A stretch of 63,020 nucleotides of DNA, counting the filler, from Basidiobolus ranarum (lineage: Eukaryota): the NCBI GenBank assembly GCA_040143965.1. It is 7 parts of 7 records of this genome, joined end to end, with 100 filler letters (N's around TTAATTAATTAA, not from the genome) between each part and the next. Parts side by side here need not be neighbours in the genome. Positions count along the whole stretch, not along the records: positions 1 to 8,933 come from JASJQH010007774.1; positions 9,034 to 17,963 come from JASJQH010007775.1; 5 more parts are not named here. One strand, 5' to 3'. Under the pieces are notes generated by a model. It did no database searches, was not told the origin of the DNA, and worked only from the letters and a program-made list of their open reading frames with translations. Each line of letters begins with the position of its first letter. Within the stretch, counting starts at the first letter, position 1. The translations under genes and the position numbers were made by a program. Shown here piece after piece: positions 1-12,735 of this stretch.

Positions 1-205
1 TATATCTATATAACAAGTAGGTCTTATTACCCCCACTTATCTATTATATCTTATTACACAAACTCCTGAATATCTCAAACAATTGATTTACTTTTCTACT
101 ATATAAGTCACTATATACTCTTAAGAATAAACTAACTAAAACACACTATCATAAGTTGCTTCTAATACTCAAAGTCTACCCCCATTATGTCAAGATCCTC
201 CAACA
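1..205 (+). repeat. 3' part of an LTR-like repeat (family B), truncated by contig start
   Basis: 83-205 is nearly identical to the reverse complement of 17841-17963; the similarity ends at CAACA, a typical LTR terminus; CpG-free. Confidence 0.7.
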
Positions 206-254
206 AAACCACTTGCAAGAGGCTCCCAAATACTTTCACATGAATACCAATACA

Positions 255-445
255 ATCATTTATATATTTTTCAAACTTGTACTAGATGTCCCACAAATTG
301 CACACATGCTTCTAGGTCCTGCCTTAACACATTCTATATATTAGCTTGTTTACACTCTAACAAAACTATAAATGTCAGCCCTTTACTCAATAAATTAATA
401 AGTGAAAGCCACCAATTCTTCTAGTTCTCCTAACCACTTTCAACA
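255..445 (+). mobile_element. Diverged partial copia LTR (family A)
   Basis: Aligns by eye with the LTR at 52607-52944 (ccttaacacattcta...caaaactataaatgtca...agtgaaagccaccaatt...ccactttcaaca). Confidence 0.7.
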
Positions 446-1849
446 AACTACCAAATTACATCAACAACTTAGAGACAACTTGCAATGATGTTTTAGTTAT
501 TCTACTCTTAACAGAATATAAAACCATCAGTTTTAATTCTAATTGTGATACATTTTGACTGAACATATGGTAAATCATAAATATTTGAGCTGAAGAAGCT
601 CCTTGAGGAGTTGTCAAGAAAATGGCAGAAGATTAGCTAACAATATGTTCAATGAGCTATATAGAGCAGTCATGTGCTTTGACATCTCTACAACTGAGAA
701 TTATAAAGTAACACTTTGTAAAATTTTGATATCTCGACTGATCTAATATCGGTTTATCCAGATACAAACTCGATGGTTGGTTAGATTTCATGGAGGAATA
801 TTAATGTGTAATGAATTATTGATAGTCTTCTCTATATTCAAATCAAATTAACATTCCTCTATATGATGCCATTAATGAAATATATTCCATCAGTATATTC
901 ACTCTCGACACTCAGTATATCATCTCATAAGCTTCACGTTGGAAAAACCCCTGTCCTATGCAACATTCAGTCATTATCACGGGTTTATTGTAGATAAGCA
1001 AGTAACTAATGCTGAAAGGTAAGTTCCATCTGGTGCGGAGTTCATATGTAATTAAGACCACATATCACATGGTACTCTGTGCATGAATAGAATAGATCCC
1101 AGTCACATTCAACGTACCAGCATACTAAACGCATCTAATGCACCTAGCACATTTCGATTCAATGGTTCAAATTAAGTTAATTCTTATTTAAATCAACGGT
1201 ATTTTTAAGGCTACTAACGGTACAGTTATTGTGATGGTCATGTCCATGATGAATATTACATACTTGCAGTCACCGTTGTTGGACATGACAAACTAAGTCT
1301 TAGTTACCTGGAATTCGGGATTTGTGCATACTATTCGGGATATTACAGTGGAGATTGGATCTAACAGTATATAGAATTCCCCGTGATTCTCTACCAATTA
1401 AGGAAAGCCAAGTGAAAAAATGCATAAATAAGTATAGCACTTTAAATGACTGCTAATTATTGGGTCTAGGCGTAGGGCTTAGACTGGAATGCAGGTGATC
1501 TGTTCTTGCTTGAAAATTTATCCCATTCGAGTCCCAAATAGCTATGATTATATGATTATAGTCACAGATATCGGTTGGTTGGCTAGGTGGGAGTTTTTAA
1601 TAGGGGATTGACATCTGGGAATTGGGGAATTCAGATGTGGTTATTAATATGTCAAAAGTGTCGTAACCAAATATATAAACAAGTAAAAGGGTTCATTCAA
1701 ACCCAAAATCCCTCTTTAGAATACTCATTTTCATTTACAATCTCTTTCTTATCATACATCTCCATTTCTTTTCCTTTCCCCTTATATTTCGCTTTACTCC
1801 GATGAATTACTTAACAAACGTTGAACGTGTTATAGTTAACCTTAGCTCA

Positions 1850-2511
1850 ATGGAATCGAAATGTGAGATTAAACAAGGTAAAGCCTACCAAAGTATTATT
1901 CCTTTTTCAAATACAACACCAACCAACTCCAAATGAACCAACCTTATAGAAGACTATCTTACTCATCACCAAGGGATTGAGGAGTCCAAGTTTATATTAC
2001 AAAAAGTCCCCTCCACTTTTATGGGATTTAACTCCACGGTATTCGACCAAGAAACTGAGACTGAAACCGAAACAGAGGAGGTAAGTTATTACATAATGGT
2101 TTCCTTGGTCACTGAAGAGTTCATTAAATTTGGCGTGGTTTAAGGCTTCTTCACAGAATAATGATGAACTAGGTAGGATTTTGTGGTATTATAATCAATC
2201 AACACTTTGGACTAATTCTTTCTATATTAGAAATGAAAATTCGCGATTTTGCTTACTCTGAAAGTGATCCTCGTCACTTGGGTGAATACGTGGAACAAGA
2301 AGATGAGGAGTAGGAAGAAGAGGAAGATGTAGCGTTTGTTCAGGTGCGAGCATTATATGATTTCACCGCCGAAAACTCTAGTGAACTTAGCTTCCAAGAA
2401 GGAGATACTCTTTACATTCAATACAAACAATGTGAAGGGTGGCTTTTTGGATACTTTGAGGATAATGTTGGGTTGATTCCGGAGAATTATGTAGAAGTAA
2501 TAGACAATTAG
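1850..2511 (+). CDS. NBP2: Nbp2/Skb5-like SH3 adaptor protein, 4 exons, interrupted by an in-frame TAG at 2311-2313
   Basis: Exons 1850-1877, 1950-2080, 2145-2172, 2231-2511 with GT-AG introns. Translation gives KIRDFAYSESDPRHLG (Nbp2 N-terminal motif), an acidic tract, then SH3 VRALYDFTAENSSELSFQEGD...GWLFG...GLIPENYV. Not in the ORF track. Confidence 0.8.
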
Positions 2512-2741
2512 TGGAATTTTGCCTGGATTGCAAAATTATTCTATGTCTTGATTGTAATTAGAAAGAGCAATTCATGGTAAACGCACTTATACCAGAATAT
2601 ACATTAAATGCTTTAATGATTATCGCTTATTTCTAGGAGAATTTCTATGTATTTACCAATGTATTTACCTAAAACTTGAGAATCTACGAACAATTGTATA
2701 GATGGGGGAGCGGGTGAGCAAAAGAACAATAAACAGACAAC

Positions 2742-5178
2742 TTAAACAATCACGGTATTTTCAAACATATGGAAGTCAGTGAATGCTAAGGAGCTATCTG
2801 TGCTCATCGAGATGAGGGTGTCTTGCTGTGGATGAAATAGTGATTTCAAAATACGCCGTTCGTGCAAATACAATACTTGCGAAGACTTCTTGCCTTGCTG
2901 AATGTAACGGACATCCCTGGAAATGGATTTAGTGAAGAAATTCCATGGGAATTAGTATGGTTATTACTTACCAAATGTTGATCTTGGGCTCGTTCTGTCC
3001 AAATGCTACCAGATGTCCATTCGAGTGGAACGAAGGTGACATGTATCGCGAAAGATTCTCACTTTGTTGGAATCCAAAAGATAAAGAGGAGAAATTGTTG
3101 CTGCGTCTATCATAAATATGTAATTGGTCGGATTTCCCAGAGAGACTTTGGATCTTGGTTAGAACAATGGCTCAACTCAATTCAAATTAAATCATTCATT
3201 GCTTAGTTACCAGACGAGTAATAAATCCGGGTTGAATGGATGTGTGATCACGTGGTTGACCTAGAAATAGCAAATCCCTTAGAATTTCGGCTCTGGAATA
3301 TGATGGGAAAGTGACTAACCCTTTCGGCATATTTGTATTCGGTTACTATGTTCTTAGTTTCCAGAGAGTAGCCGTAGAATTTACAATCAGCTCCTCCCGA
3401 GTACAGTACACTTTGCTCTGGCTCGTAGCAAAGGGCCTGAACTGCAGATGTATGTCTACTGTGGGCGAGCAGCAAGCCAGTTTGCTCGGCGTTGTCCCCT
3501 TCATGTTGCGGGGTCTTGTACTTCCATAGATGCTTATGAAAAGGGCAGTTAGAAATGCTCAAAGGGAAGCCACGTCAGCGCGTACATACCACCATTTTAT
3601 CTGATCCACATGATGAGAACATGAATTCTTTATCATTGCTGATGATCGGGCATAGAGCAGAGATACCACGCTCGTTATGTGGCTTAGAGTCAGAATGTTG
3701 AACTCGGTACGAGATCTGTGAGATGAATATTTAGCGCAATTCACAATTCGATTTGCATCCACGGTGATTCTCATTACTAACCTGACTGGTGTTGGCCTTC
3801 AACAAATGGACAAATGATACCTGATTATCCAAGAACTCCCCATCTTTTTTGGCTGAAGCCACGGCTACTATGGATGGATGAACAAAACATATATCCTCGG
3901 CCCAGGGTTTCTTCAGAGTCTGCTTGGTGACACGAGTGACGATCTTGCGCATAGTTGGGCTCCAAAATTGGATTTCACCATCGAGTGAACTTGTAACCAG
4001 ACATTCCATCTCATTCCCTTCGTAATCCTTGGCAACCTGATAAATCAATGATCTTGGCTTCCTGGTGAACGCCTTTGTACGCATGTCGGTTCTGGTTCTA
4101 GATATCACATCTAGCATTTCAGAATTCCCATCGTACTCGGCCTCATCTTTCTTAACCAAAGAGCTGCCGTTAGATCTGTAAGGCGCTTTTGAGGGCGATG
4201 AACCAACCAAACTATCTAACGGATGCTGCAAAAGTGGTGGTGATTGCACTGACGCTACATGTCCATTGTTGGGAGGATATCGTGAGGAGGCAAGTCGTTG
4301 TGGAGATGTTTTATTCGATACGTTAGAACTACTTCCCGGTGTTGGCTGGTTTCGCGACCAAGTGCTGACTTGCTCACATGCTGAATGGAATTTCTGTTGT
4401 AATTTTCGAGAGATCTTTTGAATTTTCTTGGCTTCACTTCTGGCCTGGATTATGGAGATAGGTCATGCAAAATTAATTACTTCAAGTTATTGAAAGAGAG
4501 AATGGGATATCCAATAGAAATATCTCGTTTAAGACGGGTACCTTTTCCAAATATCTAGCGTGCTTGGAGCGTGTTCTTTCAAGCTAAATAGAATTCGTCG
4601 TTAGCAATTGCGTACATGAGTTCTGACACAACTAAATCCAAGCTCAACTCTTCGAATAGGTCGTCTATATTTTAAGATATATTCTCTACCTTCAATAGTA
4701 GCTCGTGCATCTCTTTTTGTGTCTTTAACGCGTTGAAAGAATGAGTGGGTAGTTCAGTTTCTTCCGATTCCGAATCAGAAGAAGAACTTTCTTCAGAAGT
4801 AGAGTCAGAAGAAGCATACTTGTTGACTGACCAGTTCTTGCTTCCTACCACTTCTTGTTCAACAGCGGGTGCACTTTTGTGACGCTTTCTAGCGAAAATT
4901 TCATAAGAGTGTTGGCTCAGTTCTGAAGCATTGGTGGCACTGTTAAGCTCGCTTAGATAGAAATTATTATTCCCACGTTTGGAATTGGAATTTTCCGCAA
5001 CAACGTTGGTTAAACCTGACAGGAAAATGACACGTTTAAAATTAAAATTGGCCCATTCGTTTGTTACTTTGGAATTAAACTCTATTAACGTTCTTAAAAG
5101 CTAACCTTTAGGTTTAAGAGTAGTTGTTGAAAAAAGACTCTTGGGGATGAGGCCCATATCCACTTCTTTATCATTCAT
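2742..5178 (-). CDS. Multi-exon WD40-repeat protein with a Ser/Glu-rich and coiled-coil N-terminus
   Basis: WD motifs LVTSSLDGEIQFW, FSSCGSDKMVHLW, HTSAVQAL...LYSGGADCKF. Exons are joined by GT-AG introns (e.g. donor at 3781). Stop TAA at 2742-2744; start ATG at 5178 is tentative. Confidence 0.75.
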
Positions 5179-5576
5179 AGAGGATTATTAAATAAATTAC
5201 GTTAAAGGCGAAGGCACTCTGTCAAGAAGTGGTATAATTTTGATATATTTACTTTTTCCCCATTACCTCCTTTCGTTAACAAAAAAAAGACTGGTCTGCG
5301 GCAATTGATGGTGATCGAACCAATTGTAATGTGGTTTTGGCCTACTATCAAAACAAAGCTAAACTTAATAAAACACTAATTTTTCAGCAAAATACGATGA
5401 ATATTTTCAGTTTAATTAGGTCATTGTCGCTTAAGGTAAGCATAAACTTAGTTGAAATTATTTAATCCATAAATAATGTTAAGTTAGAGTTGAATGTGGT
5501 TAAAGGGGATTTTGATCAGGGTTAGGATGAGAGAAGTTAGGGTTACTAAAACTACATAATAGTGATTAATATGAAT

Positions 5577-7067
5577 TTAAGTAAAGTTCTTTTTGTTCTT
5601 GGCTATAGTCTCATTTCTACGTTTGGTTCTTGCATCAATCACTAACTTCCAGAGTCGTAAATAGAATATCTTCGCTCCTTTCTCTGTCACTCCTGGGCAT
5701 TTTAAGCATCGTGCTATAAACTCTCCTTCTGGAAGTCGACAAAGTTGAAGTCCGGTTTCTGCTGGACATAATACTTTCGGGTCAACAAACTTGGAGGAAG
5801 ATTTGATCCATTGGACCATTTTTTCGTGTGTCCAAGTGGCAGGATTATTAGGATTAGGCTCAGGCTTGGTGCTCTGTGGAGTCACTCTAATGGGGGCAGT
5901 ATATCTTAAAGTATTCAAGCTGTGCTCAATGTCGGTATTTGACGGAGATACATTTGCAATAACTACAGTACGACATTGACGAGAAGTCGCCAACTCAAAA
6001 GCATCTTTCAAAAGAAGGGTTAGCTTCGAAGTACGATACGGTACATGGATATATTGCTGGTGGGTTTCGAGTAGGCATCTAGCGCGAATACATTCCTTTA
6101 GTGTCATCAAAGATTTGTTGATTGCTTTGGTTTCTTTCAGACGATCTGAACCATGAAATTTGGAATCATCATGCCTCTCCGATCCAGCCAGATCCACTAG
6201 GAAAAACTTTCCATCTTCAAGTTGTTGCAATAAAGTATTCTGGGTTCGAATACGACAGATTGCATGAGACCGACTAGATGTTTCATTTTTAAATGTATTC
6301 TCAGTTTTCCTATAAGAAGCGGCTACTTTTAATAGTTCCAAAAATTGTTCTACTGAAGTGATCTCTACTTCTTTCGCACCAGATACTTGAATCACACCAA
6401 AAGTATCTTCAAGAATTTTTAATGGTTCCCGCTCATTAAATAAGTCAAATGTTTGTGAACCAAGAATCTCAAAAAAAGATAGGAAAACTCGAAACTTCGA
6501 TTGACCAGTTTCTTTCACCAAATTCTCTGGACTGTTGATTCGGTTTATGAGATCACGAGCGACTAACTCTTGAATACCGGTTAGAGTGTACGTTTTCCCA
6601 CTTCCAGTTTGTCCATAAGTAAAAGTGGTTGCAATGCCGCCTTGTAAAACTAATGGAATCAATGAGGAGATGATGGTATCGTAGATGATCTTGTTGTCAT
6701 GTTCAGGTCCAAAGGCGTAATCTACCTCGTATGGTAAACTAGATATTTTTGGCATGCCATTGAAACGCACTTCAAGTTTATGAGCATAAGTGAACGGGTT
6801 TCGAACTGACAAAGCCTTTAAGTTTCCAGCCTCAACCTCATGTTCAAAGAGAGGTCTGGTTCTTAAACAAACCATAATATCTCTCGATTCCTTCTGAAGA
6901 ATTTCTTCAACCTGAGCGAAGGGCTTCGAAGGAGGTAGGGCGTTGTTCTTTTTCTCAAGTTCAGTTTTGTAAAATTCTCTATATTTATCCCCAGAGCCTT
7001 CAAGCTGAGTAAATGCTTTCCTTGCATTTATAACTTCGTTGAACTCGATATTACTGTCAGTCTTCAT
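5577..7067 (-). CDS. Kinesin motor protein (kinesin-13/DSK1-like) with a C-terminal SAM-like domain; intronless
   Basis: P-loop YGQTGSGKT, switch I SSRSH, switch II DLAGSE, HVPYRTSKLT; C-terminal PATWTHEKMVQWI...TGLQLCRL. Confidence 0.92.
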   Translation of the reverse strand: MKTDSNIEFNEVINARKAFTQLEGSGDKYREFYKTELEKKNNALPPSKPFAQVEEILQKESRDIMVCLRTRPLFEHEVEAGNLKALSVRNPFTYAHKLEVRFNGMPKISSLPYEVDYAFGPEHDNKIIYDTIISSLIPLVLQGGIATTFTYGQTGSGKTYTLTGIQELVARDLINRINSPENLVKETGQSKFRVFLSFFEILGSQTFDLFNEREPLKILEDTFGVIQVSGAKEVEITSVEQFLELLKVAASYRKTENTFKNETSSRSHAICRIRTQNTLLQQLEDGKFFLVDLAGSERHDDSKFHGSDRLKETKAINKSLMTLKECIRARCLLETHQQYIHVPYRTSKLTLLLKDAFELATSRQCRTVVIANVSPSNTDIEHSLNTLRYTAPIRVTPQSTKPEPNPNNPATWTHEKMVQWIKSSSKFVDPKVLCPAETGLQLCRLPEGEFIARCLKCPGVTEKGAKIFYLRLWKLVIDARTKRRNETIAKNKKNFT

Positions 7068-8812
7068 CTTGAATAAGGTCAGAATAATTAAAGAGCATGG
7101 TAATATATATATATATATGAGCGTTTAAGCTCTGCTATGGCGTAATTGGCGGGATTGTGAGGAATTCACAATACTCCATCGTTATGTTACTACTCAAGTA
7201 GAATATAAAATTCATTGAGAATATTCTATGTAAATCCTAAGCATACTTTACTGGTAGAATGGCGATAATTTCTCCGGTTTTTATGTTTACATTATCTCAA
7301 ATGTTTATTTTCATATATGAGCACTAATGGTAGTAACCTGACTCTATACCCTGACCCTATACCCTGAACACGCTAAGACAATTAGGTGATTAGCTAATCA
7401 TAATAATGAAATATATCCACTGGATTTCATTGATGGAATGTGTAACGGAATAACCACAAAATACTATGCGACATTCAAATATGCATTCAGTATGTGATAA
7501 TTAAACACATACTTGAATGACTTATAATTTGTTCGCTGCAATTATTTCTGTCAGTCACCTAGTAGATTATCGCTTCAATTTCAGTGACATCACTGGATAT
7601 ATTCAAGCTATGGCCAAAATAAGCAAGTGTCTTAATAAGAGGAATTATTATATTAGGTTCCAGATCTGAGTGCCAGATCATTATTACGATAGAACACATA
7701 TGCATATCCCTCATAATTGGTTGGAAATGTTCAAATGTACGATTGCCAACAGCAGTAGGATTGAAATTATATCTCAAATCTAACTCGCTTGGGTACCAGT
7801 ATATATTAGAAGCTTAAAGGTACGCTTTTCATTGGAGTGTTGGAGTCTATTATAGTATCAAGTTGAGGTTAAACTTTGAAAGCAGTTCTTCATGTTGCGC
7901 AGTAAATGTGAGCATGTTGACAATGAATCCTAAATTCAATTGCAATGAGTAAAGCCACAAAAGCTTAGTTATAACGTAGCCAAGATTTTCGGTAGTATTA
8001 CTGGATTATGCCAGTCACAGTCAGGTCAATAGTTATTATTGATAATAAGTATATAAAGCACTAAGGAATATTTCTCATCACTTAGGCAACAAGAGATTCA
8101 GTTTCTGCTCTCAATATACCTTTATGATGTTCAAGTCTGCCAAATTATACATTAAGCAGATCATTCTTTAATCTCACAATAGTTCCTGTTATGATTGGGA
8201 GGTCCATGCTAGTCAGATTTTGACTACATGATTGTCATTTTCTTGAAAAATCCTCCAGAATATAAGTTCTTAAGATAACATTAAATCCTGGCTGATGGTG
8301 AAAGGATAAACAAGTTTAAACACAATAAATCAAATGCACACTAGTTCCTGCTATAACAACTCTCGAAGATCATTCACTAATTACTCAGAGTGGGTGATTA
8401 AAGATACAGTTAAAGAATAAAAGAAAAGTATTAAGGTGTACGACTATATAATGATTGATGAGAATGATTAAACTAACTTGATATGATTGACCACAAAAAG
8501 GCTGAGGAGATTATAACAGAAAAATTGGTGAAAATCGTAACACCGATTAAAACAAACATACTAAAAACTTGAACACCGGATCTATGCTGTAAGACGGCTA
8601 CTCAATAAAGGCGTTACCGACTGACTTAAAGAAAAATATGATTTCACTCGAAAAATATACAATATTACGGTACTTCATTCATATGGTGATATTAATGAAT
8701 TTTATTGAGTATTTATTTTGTTGATTATGATAATACCTCTCACTTTTTACCACTGGGTAAAACACTAGTCAATAGTATATATGTCAACGCTGTAATATTC
8801 GGTTATAAAAAA

Positions 8813-8933
8813 TTAGCACGCACCAATGTCATTCCATACAGATTGACTATTGCTTCCTGGGGTATCATTTTGAGTCCACCACTTGGCTTGCCACAAGTGT
8901 CCCTTGTAGGTAACCTTCTGAGCGCTATTATAG
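8813..8933 (-). CDS. C-terminal CBM5/12 (ChtBD3) chitin-binding domain of a gene truncated by the contig end (probably a chitinase or other chitin-active enzyme)
   Basis: Reverse strand reads YNSAQKVTYKGHLWQAKWWTQNDTPGSNSQSVWNDIGAC*, containing the AKWWTQ signature. Not in the ORF track. Confidence 0.85.
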
Positions 8934-9033
8934 NNNNNNNNNNNNNNNNNNNNNNNNNNNNNNNNNNNNNNNNNNNNTTAATTAATTAANNNNNNNNNNN
9001 NNNNNNNNNNNNNNNNNNNNNNNNNNNNNNNNN
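8934..9033. other. Artificial contig spacer
   Basis: N-run + TTAATTAATTAA (stops in all six frames) + N-run, 100 bp. Confidence 0.99.
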
Positions 9034-9179
9034 TTTGGCTTTTGTTGGGGAAGAATGCAGAAGGCGAGGATGTGTCACTGCCAATCAGAGGCCCAGAGGA
9101 GGGATACTCACAGAGAGGCAAAAGCTTTATATTGACATTTTTTCCAAGATGGTCAGGTGTTCCCTTATTAATCAATAGT

Positions 9180-9720
9180 TAGTGGTTCAATATATGCAAT
9201 GGCTGGAATGCATCCAGACATTGCTGTGGCCGTAGGAACTGTCATCCAATATCTCAAAATTCAAGGATATGAGCGCAAAGATGCATTAAAGCAAGTATTC
9301 AGGTTTTAATGAATCATAGATCTAGTTCTGGAATACTCTAGTGCTCCTACTGCACATATTTTAAAAGCTACAGTGATGCAGACTGGGAAAGACACATGAA
9401 TGATAGAAGATTAACCACTGGGTAGCTTTTCTTGATGGTAATGTAGCTATAACTTGGAATAGTAAAAAACAACCAACCATAGCATTTTTACTGCAGATGC
9501 AGAGTGTATGACTGCTTCTGCTACTACACAAGAACCTGTGTGGTTAAGGGAGTGATTAATAGACTTAGGATACATTTAAAATGTGCTATTACTCTATTTG
9601 CAAGTAATCAAACTTATTTTCTTTTAGCAATTAACCACAGATTACATACTTAAACATAATATATAGTTAGTATGCATGATTTTGTTAGAGAAGTAATAAA
9701 ACATTTTTGAATAATATCAT
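9180..9720 (+). mobile_element. Decayed Ty1/copia RT C-terminus/RNase H fragment
   Basis: Remnants YSDADW, AITWNSKKQPTIA, with stops and frameshifts; paralogous to 11750-12300. Confidence 0.8.
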
Positions 9721-9729
9721 AGTAACTAC

Positions 9730-12385
9730 TTCAATCAAAACACCAAACTTACACAAGCTAGAACTAAACTAATTGGATTTGGAGCATGCTAACTTGGTCA
9801 AAACTGGTGAAATAAAATAGCCAACATGGCAGAGTCAATGAGGCTACATTGTGGAACAATAACTGACCCAAATGATTACAAATCAGCTTGCTTTAGGCTT
9901 GGAAATTGAAAATATCTACACATTGGATCTGTAAGAGGGTTGAATATATGGAAAACAGCACATACAGCCTTTTTCAAGCTCTGGAGGGATCACATCCACT
10001 CAGAGTCTTGCCCTGATTCATTCTGACCTATGTGGGCCCATGAAAAACATCTCACCAGGTGACACAAGGTACTTTATTACCTTTGATGATGACAAAAAAA
10101 GATGTACTAGGGTATTCTTTCTCAATTGATGATCTGAAGCCTGTACTATGTTAAAACACTATGAAGCAGCAGCAGAGAAAGAATCAGCCACAAAAATAAG
10201 GCTGCTAAGGAGTGATACTGGTAAGGCATATTGCTCTAAAGATTTAGTAGTTGTAGTTCTAAATATAGATTTAAGAAACAAACTCCTGTACCCTTGACTC
10301 CAGAGCCAAATGGAGTTGCTTAACATGCTAATAGAACCATAGTGGAGATGGCAAAATCAATGTTGCAACATCAAATGTTAAGTTACCAACACTGGTCTGA
10401 ATCTGTGTTCTCCACTGCAGTCTACATGAATAACAGAAGCCCAACAATATTGCCACAAACTACATCTCCATTTGAGGGCCTATTCAGATCAAAACCAAGT
10501 GACAATCATCTTTGAATCTTTGGTTGCACAGCATATTGCCTAATTGCACCTCCAAAATGCTGTAATTAAAATTTCAAACACAGGAAATGCATATTTCTAG
10601 GTTGCTGTACTTAATCTAAGGTCTACAGACTGCTTGATATCAAAAATAATATGTTAATTAGGTGCAGAGATGTGATTTCTAATAAAAAAGCAACTTCATG
10701 ACCTCAAATCACTGTTTGTGATCCAGAAAACACTATCAAACTAGTCAGGAGAGGTTTGGAAAAATTCCAGCTGAATCTGAGCCCAATTCAACTAAAATTG
10801 AGCTTCAATTAAATCAGAGGATGATTCAGGACCTGGAAGATCATCTGGAAGGAGAAATAAACTAGGGAACTGGGGGACCACTTTGAATGTTGATGTCTAT
10901 GCTTTTACTACATTCTGTGATGAGCCACAGACTTTGGATCAAGCTCTGGAGTGTCCAGAATCAAAATGATGTGAAACAGCCAATATGTTGCCAATGCATC
11001 TACAGAGTTAGAGCAAAGCTGATTGAAGTTTAAAAAGGTACTAAGCAAGAGTAGTTGTAACAACTTATTCTTAGACTCCAGGAGTTGATTTTACTAAAAG
11101 GTTTGCTCAAATAGCTAAGTTTAGCTCTGTTAGGTCTATCCTGGAACTCTCAGCCTACCATAACCTTGCTTTACATTAAATGGATGTGTAACAGCCTTTC
11201 TGAGTTGAATTCTAGTGGAGAAGATCAATATAGAGTGATTGGAAGGATTTCATGAACCTAAACACCCTGATTTGATCTTTAAACCGCAAAACTACTCTAT
11301 GAACTCAGGCAAGAACTGCATGTATGGTACAATTAGATGGATATCTATTTGGCTTCACTGGAATTCTAAAAATGACAGCAGATGAAAGTGTTAAAATCTA
11401 AATTACTGGCAATAGGATCCTTATCTTGGCACAACATGTGGAGGACTTGATTAAAGCCACAAATGATTTAGAAGCACTTGATCTGGCAAAAAGCAGCTTA
11501 TAATTTCAGATGACTGATATGGGTGAATTAAGTTATTTGCTTGGAATCCAAATCTTGGGAGACAAACTCAGTCAGCAAGCCATGTTGATTCAGTCTACAT
11601 ACATCCTAGATATCCTAAAATACTTCAGCATGGAGAATGGCAAGACTGCATCAAAACCAATGAATCCCAATGTGAAACAGATCACAATTTCATCTAATTT
11701 GTATTAAGTTACTCAAAGTAAAGCCAGGAGTTCCTTCATCAATCCATGATGGGTAGTTCAATGTATACAATGGTTAAAACAAGCTGAGACATTGCTCTGG
11801 CAGTAGAAAGTGTCAACTAATATCTCAAAAATCTAGGAACTGAGCATTCAAGTTTAGTTTAACAAATATTCTTGTATTTGAGAGGAATTGTAGATCTGGT
11901 TCTGGAATACTCTGGCCTGCCCAATGCAGAACAATTTAAATGCCACAGTGATGCAGACGGGGGAAGAAACCAGGATGGTAGTAGAGCAACAACTGGGTAC
12001 ATCTTTCTGTATGGTAATGGAGCTAGAACTTGGAGTACTAAGAAGCAACCACCCATCTTACTCTTTACTAAAAAAGCAATAAATATGGCTGACTCTGCTA
12101 CTACACAAGAAGCTATGTGGTTGAGGAAGTTATATACACACTTAGAGTCCATGCAAAATATGCAGTACTGTATCTGAAGATAATCAAAGTTGTATTTCAT
12201 TGGCTAATAACCTTACATTTCATACTAGACCAAAACACTTAGATATTGGGCATCATTTTGTTAGAGAAGGCATAGAGAATGATAAAATTGAACTTGTCTA
12301 TTACCCTACTGAAAAATTGATTGCTGACATCTTAACCAAACCTTTAGCTAAAGCACACTTAAAATTAGTAATATATTAGTCTGGT
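9730..12385 (+). mobile_element. Decayed Ty1/copia pol (integrase-RT-RNase H)
   Basis: Integrase HSDLCGPM...YFITFDDD (~10020), LRSD, PEPNGVA; RT MTDMGELSYLLGIQI; RNase H HSDADGG...TTGYIF...TWSTKKQP, KHLDIGHHFVRE, IADILTKPL. INT precedes RT, the copia order. Many stops. Confidence 0.9.
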
Positions 12386-12430
12386 TGAGAGATATACAAA
12401 ATAATACATTTGACAGCAATATTGATATTT

Positions 12431-12735
12431 GGTAAATAGCAACTCAATATTTAGCCACAAGTTTATTCATATTCAGATTATTTAGCACTCACTTCCACCA
12501 TTCAAACATATGTGTTTGTTGCTCTAACTGAGCAAAAATTTAAATAGCTCACTTTTACCAATTCTCAATTTTTTTTCATAACTCCTCCAAATCACCTCAA
12601 ATTTTCAACCATGCCCAACAGGAATGTTTGTTATGATATAAGCACAACCAATAGTTTTTTTTTATAGTAAACTATCCATAGAGTCCATTCAATCCTATAA
12701 AACTTCAGTGTCTAATACACAATGCCAAATCTTGT
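12431..12735 (+). repeat. ~300-bp dispersed repeat; left arm of a diverged inverted pair with 16246-16550
   Basis: Begins GGTAAATAGCAACTC; the reverse complement of 16246-16550 begins GGTAAGTAGCAACTC and aligns along its length. Confidence 0.7.

Noticed and set aside
2311-2313. TAG reassigned to Glu/Gln (alternative genetic code)
   Set aside because: TAG is the genuine terminator of PP2A, HMG-CoA reductase, the HECT ligase and this SH3 gene itself; no other conserved gene shows internal TAG.
8934-9033. Recurring TTAATTAATTAA palindrome flanked by Ns every ~9 kb
   Set aside because: Artificial six-frame-stop linker between size-sorted contigs; ORFs running into X residues are artefacts.
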